From assembly GCA_040220135.1 (NCBI GenBank), contig JAVJTT010000025.1:106146-170145 (forward strand): a DNA stretch of 64,000 nt. The letters run 5' to 3'. The notes under the pieces were generated by a model. The model ran no database searches. It was given only the letters and a program-made list of their open reading frames with translations, and was not told where the DNA came from. Of this stretch, positions 24,461 through 31,857 are shown piece by piece; within the stretch, counting starts at the first letter, position 1, and the number at the start of each line of letters is the position of its first letter. Source of the DNA: Vicingaceae bacterium. GTDB lineage: Bacteria > Bacteroidota > Bacteroidia > Flavobacteriales_E > Vicingaceae. The position numbers and the translations under genes are program-made.

Positions 24461-25337
24461 CTTCCTGCTTCTGTTTACCGTAATAGTGATTCTCTATGTG
24501 TGGGGCATTCTTAGAATTCAATTGCCCGATAACAAATCCTTGGTTATGTCCTACCTCATTCTTAATCACTGTTTTCTTATAGCTCTTGGTTTTCTTTTTC
24601 TTCTTTTCCTCTCGGCTATACCACAGTTCAATAGAATAAAGTAACTGCACTAAAAAGCATAAGTCATCACTGTTGTTATGAAATCGCAGTTCTTTTTCAG
24701 CATCAATTACATCGTTAAAAAACTCAAGCTCAGATATCCTTTCTGCCAACCAGATTAATACAATATGATTGGCCTTTTCACTTTTTAAAAACAGTTTTAG
24801 GCTATTGCTTTTGAAAAAGGCAGGAGGAACAAAGCAAATTGGCAATTGCTTTTCCATTTTATTCATCAATTGCTCCTCCCACTCTTTTTCACCATCGAAG
24901 TCGGTCACATGATAGGCCAATTCTTGTCCGGGATAAAAGCTATCTTCTATAGCTTCTTTTAGTGGATGTTTTTTAGATCGAGGTAGTAAAAAATTAAAAA
25001 TATTGTGTTTAAGCTGTAGTTTATCTAATTGAGCTTTAACATGCAGATACTGTTCACGAAAGGTCTGATAGTCCTCAAAATTCAGGAAATTCAAATACTC
25101 TTGAAGATACTCGTCACTTATTTTGATTTCATCTTCATACTTAGATAGAGCAGTTGGAATCTTGTTATTATCAATTCGATAGGTATATTCTAGTTGTGTT
25201 TGGCTCCTATTTCCAAGCTCCAATTTTTCTTGGATTTTTTCAGACAAATCTCTTAACCCTGAATAGTCTCTTTGTAAACCGGCTTTCACCAACATCAAGT
25301 CAATCAACAAGGAAATTTCGAAAACGGGACACTTCAT
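24450..25337 (-). CDS. Hypothetical cytoplasmic protein
   Basis: 295-aa ORF with no signal peptide and a K-rich tract EEKKKKKTKSYKK. First gene of the tightly packed string. Confidence 0.55.
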   Translation of the reverse strand: MKCPVFEISLLIDLMLVKAGLQRDYSGLRDLSEKIQEKLELGNRSQTQLEYTYRIDNNKIPTALSKYEDEIKISDEYLQEYLNFLNFEDYQTFREQYLHVKAQLDKLQLKHNIFNFLLPRSKKHPLKEAIEDSFYPGQELAYHVTDFDGEKEWEEQLMNKMEKQLPICFVPPAFFKSNSLKLFLKSEKANHIVLIWLAERISELEFFNDVIDAEKELRFHNNSDDLCFLVQLLYSIELWYSREEKKKKKTKSYKKTVIKNEVGHNQGFVIGQLNSKNAPHIENHYYGKQKQEDED

Positions 25338-25437
25338 ATTTATTGAATTGAATCCCGAAATAAAGCAGCTGACTTTACCCTAGCAAAAAGACTTTCTGAA
25401 AGGGCTTATTTCTTCTCTGAAGTGGGGTGTTTTCTTT

Positions 25438-26211
25438 TTAAAGGGTTTGAATCTTCTCGAACAAAACCTCTCTGTATCTAGCTCCAATAGAAAACTCTTT
25501 TTCTCCTAGTAATACCTTGTTTCCTTTAATGGCTTGTACCTTTTGAATATTTATGCTTGCCGATTTACTAATTCTGATGACATTTTCTTTGCAGTATGGA
25601 GCTACTTGAAGACTTTCTAAAACAGTATTCATCGGCTTTGATATGTGATACTCTTTCTCAGTGGTTTTCAAACGGCAATAAGATGTATCAGCCATCAAAC
25701 ATTCTATCTCATTTAAATCAATGGTATACAAACCACCTTTCGCTTTTAACATGAAATGTTTTTTGAAAACGCGTCCTTCTTCTAAAGATTGATTATTTTT
25801 TGTTTTAGAATATTTCTTTTGAAAAGTATTAAGGGCTAACTCAATACTTCTTTGCAATGAAACAGCTGTAACGGGCTTGCTTAAAAAAGCATGCGGTTGA
25901 ACTTTCTTGGCTCGATTAAATGTGAATTGATCGGTTTGATCGGTTAAAAATATGATAGGAATCTCATAGTCCTGGATTAGTTTCGTTGCTGTTTCAATCC
26001 CATCCATTTCACCTTTTATCCGAATGTCCATCAAAATTAAGTCTGGCGGATTCTTGCTAACTTCATTCATTGCCATTTCTCCACTTTCTGCTACAGCACA
26101 AACTTCAAAGCCAACAGCTCGAATATCTTCACATAAACTTTCTGCTACTAAAAAATTATCTTCCACCACTAAAATTTGAATCACAGGCAATAGTTGTAAA
26201 TTGTGGTTCAA
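25438..26211 (-). CDS. LytTR-family two-component response regulator
   Basis: REC domain (ILVVEDN...DLILMDIRI...K) plus a C-terminal LytTR pattern (YTIDLNEIECLMADTSYCRLKTTEKEYHISKPMNTVLESL). Confidence 0.9.
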   Translation of the reverse strand: MNHNLQLLPVIQILVVEDNFLVAESLCEDIRAVGFEVCAVAESGEMAMNEVSKNPPDLILMDIRIKGEMDGIETATKLIQDYEIPIIFLTDQTDQFTFNRAKKVQPHAFLSKPVTAVSLQRSIELALNTFQKKYSKTKNNQSLEEGRVFKKHFMLKAKGGLYTIDLNEIECLMADTSYCRLKTTEKEYHISKPMNTVLESLQVAPYCKENVIRISKSASINIQKVQAIKGNKVLLGEKEFSIGARYREVLFEKIQTL

Positions 26212-26237
26212 TTTAAGGCTTTTCTCAAAAGTATAAA

Positions 26238-28088
26238 ATGAAAAAACGACTCTTCACTCTTCTTTATCTTTTTCTCTCATTAGCTTTAGTTAGAGCTAAT
26301 GAAAACCTTGAAAAACACAATTTAGAAGCCAAAGCTAAAAAGGCTTTAGTTGAGAAAAATGCAGATTCTGCTCGTTACTTTCTCCACCAGATTATAAGAA
26401 AATACCCGAAAGAAATAGTGATGGTAGCTAGGTCTTATAATAGTTTAGGAATGATTGACGTTCAAGAAGGTTTCACAAAGCGGGGTCTGGAATATTTACA
26501 TAAAGCTATTGATGCATTTGAAAAAAACAACAATGATACTCTCTTGGCCATAAGCCTATACAACACAGGTAAAAGCTATAAAATGCTAGCTCAGTATGAC
26601 AAAGCCGCTGAATTACTGCTTCGTGCTTTAGGTCTTTTTGAGGCTTTGGACAATCACTTTTATGCTTCGCTAACGAATAGTTCACTCGGAAATTTATATA
26701 AGGAATCAAACGATTTTGAAGTTGCTCTAAAGTTTCAAGATAAAGCCATTCAAATAGCACAAAAGACAGGTGACTCCTCTCGATTAGCGAAATTCCTTAA
26801 CAACAAAGGAAAAGTTTATACTGAAATGGAATTCTTTCAGGAGGCAATAAATTGCTTTGATTCCGCTTTAACGATCAAGAAATTAAAAGGCTTTGTTGCA
26901 TCTTCTGCCTATACTTTATACAATTTAGGAGAGGCTGAGTTTTTAAGGGGTAAATACCAAAAGGCAATCAACTATTTTAATCAAGCACTAGGTATTCATG
27001 AAAATTCTAAAAATAAAAGAGAAATCGCATACACCTACAACTTCTTAGGAAAAGCTTACAGTCGAATAAATGAAAAAAAGAAAAGCCTAAGCTTTCTAAA
27101 TAAAGCCCAAATTATAGCTGCGGAGTTAGATATGAACGACTTGCTTTTAAGCAATTATGAAGCCTTTTATCAATTATATGATAGTACAAATGATCTAAAA
27201 AATGCTTTAGCTAGCTACAAAAAATACAATCAGAAATACAAAGAGGTTATTGATCAAAAGAAGCAAGAAAAAATAAAGGAACTTCAAATAAAGTATGAAG
27301 TTGAAAAAAAGGAGCAAGAAAATAAACTTCTGATACAGAAAGCAGAAATAAATAAACTAAAAATTAATAAACAAGAAAACTCAATTTGGTTTTGGAGGTG
27401 GATTACTGTAATGGCATTTGTATTAATCCTATTCGTTTTGGTTTTAAGTCGTAAGTATTACACCCTCTTTGAAAAGGAAAAAAGACTAGCCAAAATGGAG
27501 AAAGACCTAAACATTGAACAGCACCATAGAATAAAGAATCACCTTCAAGTTTTAGCTGGAATACTGAGTTTTCAGCAACGAAAAATACAGGACCATACAG
27601 CGAAGGAGGTAATCTTAGAAAGTAGGAATCGGGTTAATGTTATAAAAATGTTACATCAACATTTTTATCAAAATGAAATCTATGATGGAACTGCTATACA
27701 AATGCATAGCTATCTGAAAGACATCATAGAAAATCTAATTTTACTTTTCGACAAGCGGGAAATTAAGACTGATTTAAAAATTAGTGATGTTGCGCTATCT
27801 CCTGACAAAGCCCTACCGCTTGGACTAATCATAAATGAGATCATCAGTAATGCGTTAAAGTATGGCCTGAATCAAAATAAGAAATCTTGTTTGACAGTTC
27901 TTTTTACGGAAGAAAATCGACAAATAACTTTAATTATTGAAGATAATGGAAATGGCTTTAAAAGTCTAACTGGTATTGACGCCTCTATAGGCCTAAATTT
28001 AATAGATCAATTAATTGATCAAATGGACGCCAAGCTAGAAAGAAACTTTAGATCAGGGACACAGTATGTCATAAAATTTAAAAGTTAA
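26238..28088 (+). CDS. Sensor histidine kinase: signal peptide, TPR repeats, TM helix, HisKA_2 + HATPase_c
   Basis: TPR-like repeats (YNSLGMI, LYNTGKSY, LNNKGKVY, LYNLGEAE, YNFLGKAY). TM helix WITVMAFVLILFVLVL. H-box EQHHRIKNHLQVLAGIL, N-box NEIISNALKYG, G-box IIEDNGNGF. Confidence 0.85.
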   Translation: MKKRLFTLLYLFLSLALVRANENLEKHNLEAKAKKALVEKNADSARYFLHQIIRKYPKEIVMVARSYNSLGMIDVQEGFTKRGLEYLHKAIDAFEKNNNDTLLAISLYNTGKSYKMLAQYDKAAELLLRALGLFEALDNHFYASLTNSSLGNLYKESNDFEVALKFQDKAIQIAQKTGDSSRLAKFLNNKGKVYTEMEFFQEAINCFDSALTIKKLKGFVASSAYTLYNLGEAEFLRGKYQKAINYFNQALGIHENSKNKREIAYTYNFLGKAYSRINEKKKSLSFLNKAQIIAAELDMNDLLLSNYEAFYQLYDSTNDLKNALASYKKYNQKYKEVIDQKKQEKIKELQIKYEVEKKEQENKLLIQKAEINKLKINKQENSIWFWRWITVMAFVLILFVLVLSRKYYTLFEKEKRLAKMEKDLNIEQHHRIKNHLQVLAGILSFQQRKIQDHTAKEVILESRNRVNVIKMLHQHFYQNEIYDGTAIQMHSYLKDIIENLILLFDKREIKTDLKISDVALSPDKALPLGLIINEIISNALKYGLNQNKKSCLTVLFTEENRQITLIIEDNGNGFKSLTGIDASIGLNLIDQLIDQMDAKLERNFRSGTQYVIKFKS

Positions 28089-28116
28089 TGTGGAAGAGCA
28101 AGTTGCTCTTCCACAT
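28088..28116. terminator. Bidirectional terminator hairpin between convergent genes
   Basis: ATGTGGAAGAGCA (28088-28100) / TGCTCTTCCACAT (28104-28116): a 13-bp perfect stem with a 3-nt loop. Lies between the stop at 28088 (+) and the stop at 28127 (-). Confidence 0.55.
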
Positions 28117-28126
28117 ATTAGCTACT

Positions 28127-28540
28127 TTAGTGCTCCATGCTTATGGTAACTGGGTTTGCATTTGGAAAACTGTAGTTTATTGATTCTACAGTTTGGTAGC
28201 CGCTAGCAGTAACAATGAAAGAATAGTCCGCACTATCATTTTCAAATTGAAACTCTCCCTCAACATTTGTAAAGGCTGTATCTAATGGGTTAACTTGATT
28301 TGCATCGTACAATACAACTCTTGCATTAGAAATTCGACTTGGAGAGGAGAGCTCTTGCACTACCCCATAAATGATTATCCATTCCTCTTCTTCACCACCT
28401 CCATCTTTTTGGAATCGACTTTGCTTCTTTTGAGAAGTTTCTGTTTTTATCTTTCCTGGTGTAATGTTTTCCTCTTCACAGCTTGTTAAAACAAGAACTG
28501 AAGAAAAAAGAACTGCAATAATTAGCGTTAAACTTTTCAT
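28127..28540 (-). CDS. Small lipoprotein with carboxypeptidase-regulatory-like (CarboxypepD_reg) domain
   Basis: Lipobox LVLTSCEEE. IYGVVQE...ISNARVVLYDAN...TNVEGEFQFEN...IVTASGYQ is a typical CarboxypepD_reg pattern. Confidence 0.55.
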   Translation of the reverse strand: MKSLTLIIAVLFSSVLVLTSCEEENITPGKIKTETSQKKQSRFQKDGGGEEEEWIIIYGVVQELSSPSRISNARVVLYDANQVNPLDTAFTNVEGEFQFENDSADYSFIVTASGYQTVESINYSFPNANPVTISMEH

Positions 28541-28943
28541 AACTTAAAGTTTTGTGATCCGGCCCTTAATTGGCATAAGTATCCTATTCAGCTAAAAGCC
28601 GGATCTGGTTTAAAATTGATTTTTAGATGTGCGGCCGCACAGTTGGGAAGGGATGAGTCACTGCTTCTACTCGAAATCATTTTACTTCCCATCAATCAAG
28701 TAGAAAGCAGATTTCTCATCTGTTTATCAGAAGCCGTTTTAGGTTTGTTACCTTTCAATGGCACTTTCAGTGAATAATTAAATACTAAAGTGCTTAACAA
28801 GTTGACTGAAAACAGTCTTTGGCTTCAAACAACAGTTCAAAGGTTCATAGAATGTCAGGAGTAATAATTCGGGAGGGCTCGGGAGGTCAGATATTTGGCC
28901 CTATTTCTCTTTGATTTTGTTTGAAATTGTTAGTTTTAAAAGC

Positions 28944-29666
28944 ATGGATATCAACGCAGATTTAGGTGAAGGAGCGGGAAATGACGAAGCGATTATGCCT
29001 TTGATCTCTTCTTGCAACATTGCTTGTGGCGGTCATGCCGGTGATGAGGAAAGTATTCGAAAAACCATTCGCTTGACCCAACAACACAATGTTAAAGTTG
29101 GAGCACATCCCGCCTACCCTAATCGCAAAAATTTTGGACGAAAGCGTTTAGATATAAGTCCACAAGATTTTGAAAGCTCATTGCGAGGGCAGCTACAGCT
29201 CTTCCAAAAAATTTGTTCCGAAGAAGGGGTTGAAATCCACCACATTAAACCCCATGGTGCTTTGTATAATCAAGGAGCCAATCGAGAAGATGATGTGGAA
29301 GTCATGCTGAAGGTATTTTCTGAGCTACTACCTGAAATGAAAATATACTTACAAGACAACTCTTTGCTGTATCAAAAAGCCAAGCAGCACTTCCCTATTT
29401 GCTTAGAAGCCTTTGTCGACCGAAAATATGCTGATGGAAATTCGTTGGTAAATAGAAGTCACGACCAAGCTTTGATAACAGAACCAAAAGAAGCTTGGCA
29501 GCAGTTGTATGACATTTACAAGCAACAAGAAGTTACTGATATAAGGGGCAATCAACATCATTTAAAAGCGCACACTTTTTGTATTCATGGTGATCATGCG
29601 GCATCTATTGATATCTTAACTTTCATACATGAACAATTGAAAGTAAATGACATTGCACTGGCATGA
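28944..29666 (+). CDS. pxpA: 5-oxoprolinase subunit A (LamB/YcsF family)
   Basis: ATG at 28944 gives MDINADLGEGAGNDEAIMPLISSCNIACGGHAGD; also HIKPHGALYN. 4-nt overlap with pxpB. Confidence 0.9.
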   Translation: MDINADLGEGAGNDEAIMPLISSCNIACGGHAGDEESIRKTIRLTQQHNVKVGAHPAYPNRKNFGRKRLDISPQDFESSLRGQLQLFQKICSEEGVEIHHIKPHGALYNQGANREDDVEVMLKVFSELLPEMKIYLQDNSLLYQKAKQHFPICLEAFVDRKYADGNSLVNRSHDQALITEPKEAWQQLYDIYKQQEVTDIRGNQHHLKAHTFCIHGDHAASIDILTFIHEQLKVNDIALA

Positions 29667-30340
29667 AGGTAAACCTTAAAAAAGTCGGAACACACTGCTT
29701 GATTTTGCAATGGGAGGAAACTATACCGCAGCAAATGCAGGCGGTTCAGACCTACATAAAAGACAAGTTCGATAAAGATGTTTTGGAAATGGTGCCAACG
29801 TATCGTGAGCTAGCTCTCTACCTACATTTTGAAAGCGATATATATGCACTAAAAGAAAGCTTAGAGGCAAACCTCCCCAAAATAGAAGTCAACCGAAGTC
29901 AAGAGGATGGTCAGGTATTTCAAATTCCGGTTTGTTACAGCCCAAAGTATGGAATGGATCTTAAGCCTTTAGCAAAAGCCAAAGAACTCAGTGTTGCAGA
30001 GCTAATCGAACGGCATACAGCGCCCACTTATCAGATTCACTTTTTGGGTTTTTTACCTGGCTTTCCCTATTTAAGTGGGCTAGATGAGAAGCTACAGCAT
30101 TCGCGTTTAGAAAGTCCTCGCCAAAAGATTCCGGCCGGTTCGGTGGGTATTGCCGGCACGCAGACGGGTATTTATCCTCATTCATCGCCGGGTGGTTGGA
30201 ACTTGATTGGTAGAACTCCGCTTAAACTGTTTGACATTGAGCAAAGTCCTCCTGCTCTCTTGAAGCCCATGCAGAAATTGAAATTTTATGCCATTAGTGA
30301 AAAGGAGTTTGAGGAAAAAGAAAAAGAGTTGAAAAGGTGA
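29663..30340 (+). CDS. pxpB: 5-oxoprolinase subunit B (KipI / allophanate hydrolase subunit 1 family)
   Basis: Motifs TYRELALYL, YQIHFLGFLPGFPYL and PAGSVGIAGTQTGIYP. Confidence 0.9.
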   Translation: MKVNLKKVGTHCLILQWEETIPQQMQAVQTYIKDKFDKDVLEMVPTYRELALYLHFESDIYALKESLEANLPKIEVNRSQEDGQVFQIPVCYSPKYGMDLKPLAKAKELSVAELIERHTAPTYQIHFLGFLPGFPYLSGLDEKLQHSRLESPRQKIPAGSVGIAGTQTGIYPHSSPGGWNLIGRTPLKLFDIEQSPPALLKPMQKLKFYAISEKEFEEKEKELKR

Positions 30341-30935
30341 AGAGTTGAATAGAATAAGAGATAAAAAGTTGAAAAGTAACTTGTCAACTAGATTGTCCCG
30401 ATTAATTAGAATGTCTGTCTGCCTCAGGCAGATATCGAGAACAACAAGCGGATAAGTGAAAATACCATGATGCTGAACCGCAAAGAACACAAAGAAGCCT
30501 CTAAGTGCGCTAAGAATTAAACTTTGAGAACTTATCTAGAGCTTGGAGCCCTTTGTGGTAAATCAAAAAGAGGAAGAGTTGAATAGTTAAAGAGTATAAA
30601 TATGAGAAAGTAGCTTGTCCGTTCGAGTGATCCCGAAACTTCGGGATTGTATCGAGAACGACAAGTGGATAAATAATAAAACTAGATGCTAAACCGTAAA
30701 GAACACAAAGAAGACACAAAGTGCATTAAGTACAGTTACTTTGAGAACTTAGCGGAAACTTAGCGCCCTTTGAGGTTAGAATAAGAGTTGAAGAGTTGAA
30801 AAGATGAAAAGTTAAAAAGGAGCTTGTCCGTTCGACAGGCCCGATTTATTAAGATGCCTGCCCGGATGAACTCTGTTAAGACGGGTATCGAGAACAACAA
30901 GCAGAAATAGAGCTTAGAACTAATAAGTTTACAAG
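30339..30935. repeat. 2.7 tandem copies of a ~217-234-nt structured unit filling the pxpB-pxpC spacer
   Basis: Unit starts GAAGAGTTGAA at 30339, 30573 and 30790. Conserved blocks: CTTGTC (30380, 30614, 30823); TATCGAGAAC(A/G)ACAAG (30433, 30650, 30886); GATGCT(G/A)AACCG(C/T)AAAGAACACAAAGAAG; CTTTGAGAACTTA; GCCCTTTG(T/A)GG. The internal hairpins are copy-specific. Confidence 0.75.
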
Positions 30936-31775
30936 ATGATCGAAGTAAAAAAAGCAGGCATATTAAGCAGTCTACAAGACCGTGGTCGCTTTGGTTACCG
31001 CGACCAAGGGGTGCCTCTTAGCGGTGCTATGGATCAGTACTCTGCCGCTTTTGCCAATCAATTGCTAGGCAACAAAGCTGATCGTGCAGTATTGGAATTT
31101 GCTTTGCAAGGTCCTACTCTATTTTTCAATGAAGCTTGTAAGATTGTAATCTGTGGAGCAGACTGGCAAGTTGAATTAAATGGAAATGCCATCGACTTAA
31201 ATACCGTGATTGAGGTACCCGATCAATCTACTTTAAAATGTAAAGGCGTAAAATCTGGTATATATGGCTACTTAGCCGTGCAAAATGGGTTTAGGGAAGA
31301 GAAAGTACTTGGTAGCTACAGTTATTACCAAGGAATAACTTCAAAGGCAAAGATCGAAAAAGGACAAGTTCTAAAATTTAGGGATAGCTATGATACCTCG
31401 CAGCAACATGCTTCGGTATCTTTTCAAGCTGACTTGATTGCTGCATCTAAACTAGCTGTCACTAAAGGACCTGAGTTTGATCAATTGAATGGTGAGCTAA
31501 TGGAATTATTGTTCAATAGAGAGTTCATCATTTCCAAAGACAGCAACCGCATGGCCTATACTTTAAATCATGAGCTTGAGCTTTCAGCTGAAGAGATTAC
31601 TACAGCTCCAGTTCAGCCGGGAACGGTTCAGCTTACCCCTTCCGGAAAATTAGTGGTGTTAATGCGCGATGCGCAAACTACCGGTGGTTACGCTAGAATC
31701 TTACAACTCACCCCTATGGGGGTCAATCAATTGGCGCAGAAACGGCCGGGAGAGAAAGTATCTTTTCAGCTCTAA
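30936..31775 (+). CDS. pxpC: 5-oxoprolinase subunit C (KipA / allophanate hydrolase subunit 2 family)
   Basis: MIEVKKAGILSSLQDRGRFGYRDQGVPLSGAMDQYSAAFANQLLGN and TTGGYARI. Confidence 0.9.
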   Translation: MIEVKKAGILSSLQDRGRFGYRDQGVPLSGAMDQYSAAFANQLLGNKADRAVLEFALQGPTLFFNEACKIVICGADWQVELNGNAIDLNTVIEVPDQSTLKCKGVKSGIYGYLAVQNGFREEKVLGSYSYYQGITSKAKIEKGQVLKFRDSYDTSQQHASVSFQADLIAASKLAVTKGPEFDQLNGELMELLFNREFIISKDSNRMAYTLNHELELSAEEITTAPVQPGTVQLTPSGKLVVLMRDAQTTGGYARILQLTPMGVNQLAQKRPGEKVSFQL

Positions 31776-31857
31776 ACTATATAAATCATTAATATCAATG
31801 ATTGACATGGCTTAGAAATAGAAGAAAATTTATGGGACTAATCAATTAGCCCCTGTC

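Noticed and set aside
28541-28910. Possible riboswitch or ncRNA upstream of pxpA. The region includes the GTGCGGCCGCAC palindrome and an imperfect inverted repeat CTGCTTCTACT...AGTAGAAAGCAG at about 28671-28712.
   Set aside because: I could not match it to any riboswitch consensus I know. The structures are short and imperfect, and the region also has to hold the promoter of the divergent 28540 gene. There is too little support to report.
30182-30719. Minus-strand ORFs 30182..30490 (102 aa) and 30510..30719 (69 aa) sharing YPLVVLD.
   Set aside because: Their similarity is simply the tandem DNA repeat read in one frame. The first also runs antisense into pxpB. There are no signal or domain features, and the third repeat copy does not keep the frame. 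I treat them as repeat artefacts, though a tiny-peptide possibility is noted separately.
30339-30935. Possible CRISPR array in the pxpB-pxpC spacer.
   Set aside because: The period is ~217-234 nt with most of each unit conserved. There is no 25-40-nt repeat with unique spacers of similar size, and there are no cas genes in the window.
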